DNA of 64,000 nucleotides, taken from contig NMRA01000126.1 of assembly GCA_002633005.1 (NCBI GenBank), positions 481,883-545,882 on the forward strand, given 5' to 3'. The position numbers and the translations under genes were made by a program. This stretch comes from Phoronis australis (taxonomy: Eukaryota > Animalia > Phoronida). The notes under the pieces were generated by a model. That model did not search any database and was not told the DNA's origin. It saw only the letters and a list, made by a program, of their open reading frames with translations. Positions 25,568 to 37,240 of the stretch are shown here, piece by piece; positions within the stretch are counted from its first letter, which is position 1, and every line of letters starts with the position of its first letter.

Positions 25568-26862
25568 TTAAACAAGCTCTGAGTGTTGGTAGCAGTCTTC
25601 CAGGAAACGATGTTTTTCATAAGAAAAAGCAACTATTTGTAAGCCCTCACACATTTCACTGCTGCCATATTTTTTAAAACAGCATTTTTGTGAAATTAGG
25701 TTATCCATGACCTTAACATATTTACCAGAATTGGATGTATGTTTTTGAAATTGTTGGTTGGTGAAATAAATAAATCAAATAAAAAACAGGTTATAATGGT
25801 AATTTAAAACAACATTGTGGCAGGATTTTTTATATTCACTGATAATAAATAAAAATGATCTGCTCAGTTTGTCTTGACCTTGTATACTCATGCAACATTG
25901 ACCACTTTTTACAGTTGAACATAACTTACTGTCAACAATTTTGTTGTCTGTTGGTCTAGCCGCGACTACAAGCAGTGAACAAACTAAATTTAAATGATCA
26001 AGATCATTCATTTTGTTATCTGAAAGGGAAACTATTCCTTAGTTATTTCCTTTGTCGTGGTCGAAACTTATAAATCATTCTGAAGTGTCTTTTTAACTCA
26101 TCACGTCAGATCACAAAGGTGACATTACCATGGCCCTGGGTGACAAGAATCCCATTTTAACCTCAGTTGAATATTAAAGCTCATCACATAGCCATCTGAT
26201 CGTGCCAGCTACAAACAAGGCCATGTAGCACAATCTTTTACGCGTGGTTTTATCACAAAAAGAACTTTAAAGCAAGTTCAATGGTTTTTGTTTTATAATT
26301 AGAACTACAGATGTCACTGTGTAAATCTAGATAATTTTGTGTTAATAGATGGTTTCAAAAGCCAATGTACTGTCACTGGTTTGTGAGAAGCCCTTGGGTT
26401 GAACATTTTATCTGCTTTATGTATAGAAGAAAAGTGAAAATGTCACAACCCAGATTAAATTCTTGGTCTTCTTTTCATAAATTCCCAGGGGTCTCTGTCA
26501 TTTGAGACTTTTAAGTAAAAAATTTGGCCTCTTTGTGTTCCCACTGCACAGTGAATAAAGCTTTAGCCATGTAATCACTAGCTCATCACGGTTTAGAAAT
26601 AATTAATAGAAATCATCTCAATAACTCGTATTTATGAGTACAGTGGCGGATCTAGGATATCACAAGGGGGGGCCAGCATGTTGTCCGAAAACATTTGTTC
26701 AAAGCATGATTAGATGCGCATGGCACCGAATGGGGGGAAAATTTTTCTGTTTTTTCCTCTAAAAATCAAGCATTTTCCTTGATTCCTGAAGTATTATCCA
26801 AGAAAAAAAGGCAAAGAAAAAAAGCACGGCGAACGTGTCGAACATGAAAAACTACAATTTTT

Positions 26863-26925
26863 GCGGACTCGAACTCACGACCTGGCGGTATGAGCAAGCG
26901 TACTTTACCACTACACCACCACGAC
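26863..26925 (-). pseudogene. tRNA-like (Met/CAT-type loop) relic or SINE head
   Basis: Minus strand TGGTGTAGTGG (A box)...CTCATAC...GAGTTCGAGTC (B box). Acceptor and anticodon stems pair poorly, so it is not a functional tRNA. Confidence 0.5.
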
Positions 26926-29692
26926 TTCACTCAAAATTTTATAAGAGACCTACTTGTTTATGGTCCACAGCGTTTGCGCGCGATTCCTACTTCTTTTTGT
27001 AATGCTTATTACACTTTTTGTACCTTGTGCAATCAGTTCGTAACAAATTTGTTGTATTTAAAATAGTCTTCAATTGCCCAAAAGACCAAATCCGTTTTTT
27101 GTGTTGGCACTAATGAGGCGATTGCTTTGGAAATTGTCTTAAGTTAAGGTTTGACAGAGATAATTGAGTTTCTGAGTGATTTACTGATTCTTCGATTAAA
27201 ATTCACATCTTACCAGCAGCTTCTGTTTTTTCATCGTTACTCAGATTCCATTTTCTTTAAAAAATGAAGTAATTTTCTTCATTGCACAGTGAAGCAGACG
27301 ACAGAAACGGAGTCGTAGTGCGCAGCGCCACTGCCGGTCGCCTGGGATATCGCGGGAGAGCCTATACTTGGCCATAGTTTTGTTACAATTGAGCCGTGTT
27401 CCGNGCTTTTGTTGATCAAGTTAAACAAGTCAATCAGTTTCAGAAAATGTTCTATGGTAACCAGTAGTGATGTAGTTTGTGCGATTTTAGAATTTCCTCG
27501 GCTCTACGCCTTTATTGTCACAGACAGAAATGTTGTAAAACGTGACTGAGGAAATCATGATAGAGATGTTATGTTTTTTTCACTGGTTTTTACAGCACCT
27601 TAGTCACAGCCAATAAACTGTCATAAGGAAACAGAATAGACATTGTTTTTAGTACTCAAGAAATAAGTTATAGTCAGTTTTGTTGTCTCATTCCAAGAAT
27701 GACTTCAGCCACACTTAATGGTAAAAAAGTGTTCCTTTTTAACCTGCCACGAGAAATAAAGCAAAATTACGTCAGATTATATAAATGTTCTGTTGCTCAG
27801 TTACCCGCCTTCACAAACTTGCTAAAACGCAAGCTCTTTCACGGGTAGCCGAAACGCCAGTCGTGTGAACGGTTCCTTTAGTGTCACTTTTGCCAGTTGC
27901 TGGTGGTTTGACTTACTCCTAAACTGTTGGTGTTCTTGCTGGAACTTATGTAACCAGATCGCTTACTATAAAGGCGGTGTAAGAGACCTTTGGTTATAGC
28001 AGAGAGTGAACGGCTTTGACATCCAAATTTCACTTAAGTACTTGGGTGGTGAGGGAACAAAAAACCACGGACAAAAATTGATTCTTGTGCAATCAGTTCG
28101 TTCGTCTGTTTAGCCAATGAAATTGGTAGCGTTTTTGCCACTCATGTGCACCTGATGATACCTTTCTCAACATCACTGCAGGAAGCTGTCAGCCACAGGA
28201 CATTGAAATAATTTGAGGTGCCTAATTTTTTGTGGAAGGTTAAAAAGAACCCTGCTTCACTATAATATTCTACCTTCCTAATGAAGATGTTTACTATACT
28301 TGAATCATTGTATCAGCACTTTTCAATTGAATTGCTGTAAGAAAGTAATTGTGATATTTTTTATTTCTAATTGTCACACTGACACAAATTGCACTGTTCT
28401 GTGACAGTTATTTAATGACACTGAGCTCCCTATTCCAGGGTGAAGCTCCAAGGTGGGACAGACAGAATAACATGTTCTGGCTTACCCACCATTTGCCCCC
28501 TCAAACCGTAGAATCCAAATTCACATTTGCCAGTAGCTCTCTTGCACTGTTTGAGGTGGTGACATCTACTGTCTATTGCCACTGTCTCTGCTGGCAATAT
28601 ACCGCCTCCTAGGTCTTCTGTCTGTTTTTAAGTTTTATGTTTATTCCATGGCAGTACTGTGACAGCAGAAGTTTCCAATTCTGTCATCAAGTTCCCACAA
28701 TCTTTTGTTCAGAATTACTACTCTAATGCCAGTTATCTCCCATGTTTCAAAGAGTTACTAAAACCCATTGGAAATGCCCATGAATACATGAAAGTTAACC
28801 CCTCCTGATTGAAAACACTCAGGTCAGCAAACTGAATCCACGTATGTTGTTGTTAGCTAGTTCGTCATTTTTCTTAACATTTGACGAGGAATCCAATTTC
28901 AGAAGCCATAGTTGAAAAAGTACCATTTTTCAATTTTTTCAGCCAGCATTTTGTTGCTTTGAATTCATCTCTGCTGCAGCAATGACTTTGCTCCAAACAA
29001 AAGGACCTTAGATCAGTGTCCCTGACATTGAGAGTTGATGGTGTTTCTTATGGTGATGGCGGTCTGGGAAGTGTCTGTCACCAGGTTATTGCCATGATCA
29101 CATAACTGTGCTTACACACCTTATCTGTTTATGGTTAGAGAACTTTCACATATTGTGTCATGCAGATTAATATTCGTGGTACCTGAACTTTAATCAGTTT
29201 AAGATAGAAGGGACTGAGTTGGGGTGCGACTTTGGTGCACATGTACTGACCTACACTATAATTAACCGATCAGCTTGTCTGGAATTTAGCATGGGTAGAG
29301 GTCAATATGTGATCAGTAAATATCATCTTCATGGGATGATGGGTGGTTGTCAGTGATTAATTGACCATAGAAGTCTCCCTGGTGAAAGTCTTTGTATTTC
29401 AGTTACACTCCTAATGTTATTAAGGTTGATAGCTAGGACACACATTTTTAACATCACTTTGTATGGCCTTCACCCTTCAAATAGATTTTGTAAGCATGTG
29501 AAGTACTTCTCAGTAAGACAAACATGATTTTTTACAGAATATGCTTAAATGATGGAGTTGTTACTGAATTAATTTTTTATCACTCAGTGTACCAACTTAA
29601 ATGATATTAGGAATTTGTTTGTTATTAATTGTTCACATTTTCAACAAATTATAAAGCATGAAATAAATGTCAAAAGCTTCAAAAAATACTCA

Positions 29693-29885
29693 TATACACC
29701 TTCTTCACGCAGTCGCCATTTTAGAAGTGAGCCTCTTTTTAAGTCTTGAAAACAATGCATTCACATCGCAAAGCGCGAGTTTTTTGCATGCCTCATTATA
29801 TTTATGTCTTAATTGCATTGTTTTTTAAACATAAAAAGAAGCTCTGAGTCACTATTAAATGGCAACTGTGTGAATAACGTCTATA
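29693..29885. mobile_element. Palindromic MITE with TATA ends
   Basis: TATACACCTTCTTCACGCAGTCGCCATTTTA ... TAAATGGCAACTGTGTGAATAACGTCTATA. Internal arms CTTTTTAAG/AACAATGCA are inverted. Confidence 0.7.
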
Positions 29886-30088
29886 TGTAGCTTTCTAGGA
29901 ATTATCATTTTTTACTATAACACGCTGGTTATCTACTTTCCTTGAAAGAAATATGGTAAAAAATGAGTCAAGTAATGTTTGCCAATATTTAGTTAAAGCA
30001 TTTTTACAAACATAGCTCTCTCATCCCAAGTGAGCAAAGTTCAATTGTACCACCTAACACCTACTTATATCAGAATGTTACTACTTAC

Positions 30089-30249
30089 GTCATTGAGGGT
30101 CTTGGAAGGCTTCAAAACTAGGTTGCCGGGCAGGGTTGCTTCCGCCCGATTAACCACGTTGTTGTCTGTGGGTTTGTCAAGTACAATGTATACGCACTTT
30201 CTGTCATAGTCCTGTTCAGGTAAATCTTCCCAACTGTCATCTGCCATGT
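30089..30249 (-). CDS. PRDM1: PRDM1 exon with pre-PR segment (MADDSWEDLPEQDYDRKCVYIVLDKP...RAEATLPGNLVLK)
   Basis: Acceptor ttaatttcag, in-frame ATG at 30247, donor gtaagt. KCxYIVxD and AEAxLPxNL match Blimp-1. The presence of an acceptor implies an upstream exon. Confidence 0.93.
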
Positions 30250-31030
30250 CTGAAATTAAACATTCTTTGAATTTCAAATTGTTGGAGGTTCTTCGTGTGG
30301 TTGAAAACCCTGCTCACCATTTCCTCTTCCCCTGATCACTTAAACCGAGTTTTAGGCAAGTAATTTTATATGAAGTTGTGGAGACCTCGGGTGTTATAAA
30401 TAAAAGGTTATGTGATCTGTTAAACTGCAGGTAGAATATGTTTGTGACCATATTGAAAAACAATGTGTGCAAACAGGAACAAACTTGTTTTACACCTGTA
30501 TTAGTGTTATAACTGTTTTGTGTCTAATAATTGCAAAAATTCAGGTTTAGTAGGTTTTTACTGAAACTGACTGTAACCAGACTAGAGACAATTGGCTATT
30601 CTATTGCTTTTGATGCTTGTATTCATTTTATTACTTGAGGGGTTCAATTATTCCTTTATTTTTAAAATTTTGATATTTTGTATTTTGGTCTTTGCCTGCT
30701 ACAAATTTGTAAGCAAAATGTGGGTGTCACCATTTAGTTTACCTGCTACAACCAGCTGAACAGAGGCAGCTCTGGCAAAAATGGGAAATTCATCTTTTAT
30801 TAAATGAATGATTGAAATCCTATTGAAAACTAATTACACTGGTTGCATGGTTGAAGGGCTTTAATTATATTTTGCAGTTTAATGATTGTCGTACATCAGC
30901 TAAGTAAACAAATTTTTCAGGATTTGGCTTCTACGGAAAAAGTTAATACCATTTAATTTTTCTCTTGTTTTATTTTGATACCTCTTGTATTTTCTATGAT
31001 AATAGACAAAAAATTAGGAAGTCTCTGAGC

Positions 31031-31160
31031 TATACACTGTATTCACGCAGCTGCCATTCTAAAGGTGTGCCTCGTTATATTCATGTCCCAAATGCATTGT
31101 TTTTTTAAACTTAAAAAGAGGCTCACTGCTAAAATGGCGAATGCCTGAATTAGGTCTATA
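31031..31160. mobile_element. Second, internally deleted copy of the palindromic MITE
   Basis: Same termini (TATACAC..TTCACGCAG..GCCATT / AAAATGGCG..TGAA..GGTCTATA). Shares the TGCATTGTTTTTTTAAAC.TAAAAAGA segment with 29693-29885. Confidence 0.7.
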
Positions 31161-34069
31161 TGACCTTCTCAAAAGCACCCAGATTAAAAGTTCATGGTTA
31201 CCTCATTGCATTATATGATTGGATGACGATTATGTTATGTTAATGGATTGTGAAATAAGTTTAGTTGTTTTAAGTAACATTTTTTTTCTTTAGTAAATTC
31301 AAATTTGCTATTGTACTTCGAATTAAGTCACAAGTAATACCTACAATTATGTTCAGTATGATGTCATTGTGAAATTTGATGTTGTACCTATTATTTATGC
31401 CTTGTTGACATAACTAGAACTCCATGCAAAATCACAAATTTAACTATCTGTAACTTGAAATAAAAAATGATATTCAAATGCTTTATAAATTGATGATGTA
31501 TGTCGTAAAACAGCGACTGCTTAATTAACAGCTTCTTGGACAATTAAAACATTTAATATTTGAATGATGAAACTTGAGTCAGGTTAATGCACAGGCTCTC
31601 CTCACATGATCACGGCTCACTTATTATAACAAATTAAACTTCCTCACGTAGTACCCTACACTGTACCCTTCAACTTAACAGATTCATGTTCGGGTTCAGC
31701 GCCTAGTTTGACTTGCTGTTTGTAAATAGGTGAATAATTTACTGTGTACTGTGTACACCGCTTTTGTCCTGGTGGGCCAAGGATCAACAGTCAAATGTTA
31801 TTCATGTGATTTGATAAAGGTATGGTGTCAGAGTGGCCACTGACATGAGAGGTTATTTGAACAACAATCAAGTGGAAGGGGAGTACAGAACAACATCTCT
31901 ATTCTACTTTTATTAAAGATGTTCTTATTTTAGTCTTTAAAATTGTCAATTCAGGGCAGTTTGATAAAAAAATAATAACTGCAGTGAACTTCAACAATTT
32001 GTTGCTGAATTACAACAAAAACAATAATAACAAAATAACTGTAATTAAACGCACATAGCTGGTCTTTAGGTGTCGTTATAATACTACTGCGCTCTTGCCT
32101 GTATCGCATTTCAAGTTTAATCAACATATTCTTGCAAGGTTCACACAGGACTGGAAACTGCGACCTTCAAGTAAAATGTGTGACCTTCAAATAAAATGTT
32201 GACAGCATCCATGTATCAGCAGAAAATATAGGACTCGCGATTTTTAGGTGCAACTATTTTAGGTTTACAAATGCGTCCAAACTCGAGGTTTAGGAATAAA
32301 AAGCTTGTGGCATTCGAAAAGACTTACATTAATTTTGTACATCTTTAAAATAAAATTGCTTTATTATTGTAAAAATGCACTGAAATATGAATATTACTTA
32401 TCTAGTGCCTTGTATATCTAAGCACAATGTCGTACAATCACCGTTCAATGATGTACACCTTAGCTGTACTATTGATATTCAATCACACACCTGATTATTG
32501 TGTCTGACTTATAGTTATTATATTTCAAGCCTGATGTAGCCTCATCTTTAATACTGGTATTCGTTGTTTTGGTTTGGGATTTGGAGAAGAACTTTTTAAT
32601 GTAGCAAGTTCACAGGATATACACTGTAGTTCAAGTAGAGTTCAGTGACTGGTTGTACAGCTCCATTGGTTACCTGAAATCTGACTTACTGCACCTTAAG
32701 ATCTACACTTGTTACCTAATTACTGCTGTGTGGCTCTTTCACTTCCTGTACTTATTCAGGTACCTACATCCAGGCCCTTTAAATTGAGAAACTCAGAAAT
32801 TGGAGGGTGGGCGTTTGGAGGAACATGGATGTTTAAAACAAAATTTTGAAAACTAGGAGGTTGCCATTTACACAAACAACGGATTAGAATAACTAAATTG
32901 ATTATAACAAATGAATTTGCAACTCTGTTCAAAAGCCTGTGTTAGACTTAGCTGGTCAGCATCAGTAGGATCAATGGCCAGAGTCTAAGTATGAGGTCAT
33001 CTTGCACCCTTGATGCACTTAAACTAAAAGTCAAAATTAGGAGTGGGTGTCTAGCAAAGCATAAGTGTGAAAAAGTGATTTTTTTAATTTTAAAGTGGGT
33101 GTTGGCCGAACACAGACGTTGACACAACAGGAACAAGTACTGTATAATTTCAAACATTGCACAGTGCCTTTGTTAGTTGGTACTCACACAAACTGTGGAA
33201 AAAAGTAATAGTACAGATGATTAAGAAATATCAGTGTGTGCACCAGAATACATGTTTGCAATAAATTTACATCACACAAACATGACTTTCAAGGGAGGCA
33301 AAGAAGATAGCTGTTATTTTTTGTTATTTTTGTGCATTTCTTTTGCAGCTGCCTTTCTAACTATCTATCCAGACACTGAAAATTTGTTTACTTTTGAGGA
33401 AATTAATACAGTGTAGAAGGTAGAAAAGTTGACAGTTTTGTAGACTCTGTTGCAGCTGCTGTGGTAGCATGCGGGTGTCTTGTATTAATGAAGGTTTGGT
33501 TTGGTATCAGGGCATTGTTCACCACACTACCTGTAATTATTGCGTCAACACTTCTCCTGACAGTTAACATCAAATTGTTTCGTTGTTACAATAGCACCTG
33601 CATTATTATCTAAAACTTTTTGTTGTAAGACGTTACTGCAAAGTTCAAATTGATAAATTGAATAATTGCTTATGTTAGGTATTATAAGATTTCTCCCGCA
33701 GGTAAACACTCAAACCTGTGACAAGGCGTGGAATACAGGTTCTTTTCTTGCCCATGCACTGTGGGTAATGGGGAGTAATTTACTCGATATTCTGTCAAGC
33801 GCATTTGGCAAAACAATCTAAAAATTAGTTTTTATCCAACATGGCCAGGAAACATTCTGAAGAGAGAAACTAAAAGAATTATTTTAACTATTACTACAGT
33901 AATACTATGACTATTTTTAAAACTTGCAGTAGTGCTACTTGTATAACATTTTACAGTTCTATTACCGTTCACCCACTTTTAGACACTTTAATTTAGATTT
34001 ATAAAATTAATCAAAAATTATACTTCATAAAAGCATGGGGCATAAATAAAAGCGATTAAAGATACTCAC

Positions 34070-34094
34070 AAGATACTACTGCACACTTCTCCAT
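34070..34094 (-). CDS. Candidate upstream PRDM1 coding exon (MEKCAVVS + 1 nt)
   Basis: aaaATGGAGAAGTGTGCAGTAGTATCTT|gtgagt: strong start context and donor. Phase 1 fits the 30249 exon exactly (T|AC = Tyr, then ATG). No homology support. Confidence 0.4.
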
Positions 34095-37000
34095 TTTAGT
34101 AAAGCCTACTAACAGTATGACTAGTTAGCAACTACAAATAAACTAAAACAGTATGTGACCATGTTGTCCTGTTGATATCAAGTTTTTCATAGTATTTGTG
34201 GTCCAAGATTTGTGACCCCAGAAGATTTTTAATAGGCTGACAATGAAAGTCATTGTTTGTTCTACAAAATTACAGTGGTGCTAAGACATTGACATTAATA
34301 TCAATTCAAGCGTGAGGTTCATGCGGTGAGTTTTCCCTCTGTTCAAAAAGAGTCCTAGGAATGTCATTTTCAATATGCCGTCAACATCATGCTGTGTTTA
34401 CTGTTACCAAACTATTGTTTTCGTGGCAGAGAATTGGACTCATTTATATCCTTCCAAGCATGAAGGTTAGGCGGTTTAGCACAATTGTGGTAAAAGTGAA
34501 AAAATGAGCTTTGCACTGAGATAGTGCACCCCACCTGACATTACTATGTGTTTCACCTCATGTTTGTGACTTGACTTCTCTTTTGTTACTTGACAATGTC
34601 TGATGGATCTTAACTGAAGCATTGTTAGCTCTGTTGTTTCATGTTTTAGTCTACCAGACAGAAACTTGGACAAAACAGCCTTCAGCTATTGCTGGCCCTA
34701 GGTAGGCTACTGCTTTTCTCCCAGACAAGTGAATGCACAAAGCATTGTTTATCTTTGCTTCGTAAATCTTTTAAACCGGAATTCTTCACCTATTTAGGAA
34801 ACAGTTGGGGCAAAGGGGGTGAAATTTTTGCTTCTCAGTAAACATAAACAAAAGTAAATCTTTCATCTATTATTTCCATGCTATTGCTGAATTACTTAAC
34901 TGCTGCAGCAAGACATTAGGTGGAAACAGTTTGAGTATTTATTGCAAGGTAGTGAACCTTCGAAGAAGAGTAATTAAAACGATTTAGGCAATTCTAAAAT
35001 GTTAATAATTACTATAAATAAGACCTTACTATAAAAGCGATGGCATCTCAACATACAGAAGCCTGTCCACCTTGTACTAAGTCTGTATTAATTTTGTTTA
35101 GTAATAGTTGTAGTAATGATAATAACAATTTTCATTCTATAGGCATATGTTACTATCTCACCAATTTAGGACACAATAAGGTGCACTTGTGGAATTTGAT
35201 TATTTCGTGTTTTCCTGAAATATGAAAAGCACCAAAGAAATGCTTTGTTATTTTAAGGCTCAATACTATAGCCACAATCAGAAAAAGTTTTGTAAAAATT
35301 TTAGGCATTCACGTTGTTGTTAGAAACCTTTGAAAATGAAAAAGGATTAATTTGGCAATTAAATTATTTTTGTCTAAAATTGATTTTACTGTCAATTGGG
35401 ATGTAGTAATTTCTTCAAAGCAAACAGCAAATTGATTAGCTCACAGATATGTTGACTTGAATTTAAATATGTCACTTAAATCCATTAGTATCCATCAGTT
35501 TTAAAACGTTAACCTGTATTATAGGTAAAGCTATTGAAAGGTACATTGGTGCAAAGAATGTTAAGTAGGTAGTTAGTACTGTTCATTTATCCATTTTAGA
35601 CTTATCTGTTACTCCACTGGTCTGTCTGTTTTGTTGATGTTTCCATTTATCTACCATAAAATCACGCATCCCCTTACATTCCATTATTGCCCTACATTCA
35701 AATATAAGACCGTGACCTTATATCCTGGAGTACTGTATTTTTTAAGTTTAGCAGTGAAATATTATTTTGACTAAAAGACCTTTTTTGCCATTTAATACTT
35801 GGAATGGTTTTACCAAGTTAACATTTTCATTAATTATGAAAAGAAACAATATGCCTTTGTATTAGAATCACAGCTAATCTTGTGGTCTTGGTCGTGGCTA
35901 CGGTATCATGACTGTGATAAATATTCCCAACAATGCAATATTTCCCCTATAAAGCCATGCTCTTGTGTAGAAGATTTTATGGGACAAGCCCGCTTGCTGT
36001 TGCACAGATGTGAGGTATGAATAATAGCCTACCTCATCTGCCAAAATGTGTTGTCATTCAACCAAAATACCTTGTACTTTAACTTTTGATAAATACTAAC
36101 TACTGTACCAGCATTTTAAAATCTTCTGCAAAGAAATACCAAATGAGCGTATGAAGCATTCCGTTGATGTAATTTTTGAGACATCCACTTTTCCTGAAAG
36201 TGACTCATGGAAAATTGTCAATGAGTAATTGTGCTGGTGGAAATTACTGTCTTTTCACAACAAAGGCAGTCTTAAACATCTATTGAGTAACTGAAAGTAC
36301 ATAGAGGGAAAGTCTTTTGAAAACTCACTAACAATATCCACATGGCGGGGTTGTTAAAGGGTGAAATGGGGCTCAAATTATCTGAATATCTTCATTGTCA
36401 AAGTGTGTTAGCATCTAAGTTACTCTCCACTGTTGAACATTTTCAAATCTTGCAAAGAAAACTAGTCCTGATTAATTTTTAAGATAGTATAACCGTTTGG
36501 AGTTATGTTATTTATTTCCAATTTTAACGTAAATTTGAAGTTCTCTATCTATGACATGGGATTTTTTTGCATCAGTTTAGGTAAAATGTTAATTATAATT
36601 AAGGCTATTATAATGAAGAATGAGAGGTATCTCCTCTTAGTGGGTCGCAGTTTGCTATCTGTTTGACTTTCAACCAATGCTTTTTGACACAGTTTCCAGA
36701 ATTAAGTATAATGTCTTAATACTAAAAACATTAAACATGAATGGATATTATCATGAATTTGAAGAACTGTTTCTCAATCTTCTGTAAAAAAATGTTAGAA
36801 TAATCAGGGCTTGCAAACCTTATTTTTATGTGTATTGCAGCCCTATCTAATTATTTCTTTTTTAGTATCATACACGAATTTAAGAACTAAATTAAAAATA
36901 TTGTTTAAACTGTTGAAAATTTTTCTGTGTTGTATTTCATGATGTTTAAACGTCTCCAATTCATTTTGCCAATTTTGTGTCTTACAAGTCGGCCATAATG

Positions 37001-37196
37001 GCAGTGCTACAATAACCAATGTGGTAAGAAACCCGCCAGTTTGTCTCGTTATTACGATTGTGACCTTCGAGACAATTTACTCAACATCAAATTTATACAC
37101 TCGGGCACAAGGTTTTAATGGATGTTTTGGATAATATTAACCATAAAGTGAAGAGCAAACAGCATCGACTGATTAGTTTCCATCTAAAAATATATC

Positions 37197-37240
37197 AAGT
37201 GAAACCGTATGGGCGATACCGCCCTTATTTAAATAAGATA
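37197..37240 (-). promoter_or_regulatory. Candidate core promoter for PRDM1 (GATA + TATA-like + Inr-like)
   Basis: Minus strand CTTATC-TATTTAAATAAGGGCGG...TCACTT about 35 nt downstream, followed about 210 nt later by a gtaaga donor (+ 36980-36985). Motif-only evidence. Confidence 0.3.

Noticed and set aside
26863-26925. Functional tRNA-Met gene
   Set aside because: A and B boxes are present but the acceptor and anticodon stems do not pair properly, so it is reported only as a relic.
30250-30277. ORF-track N-terminal extensions of PRDM1 exons (also 19412-19483 and 14729-14737)
   Set aside because: These lie upstream of clear AG acceptors and are intronic. The track uses bacterial-style start codons.
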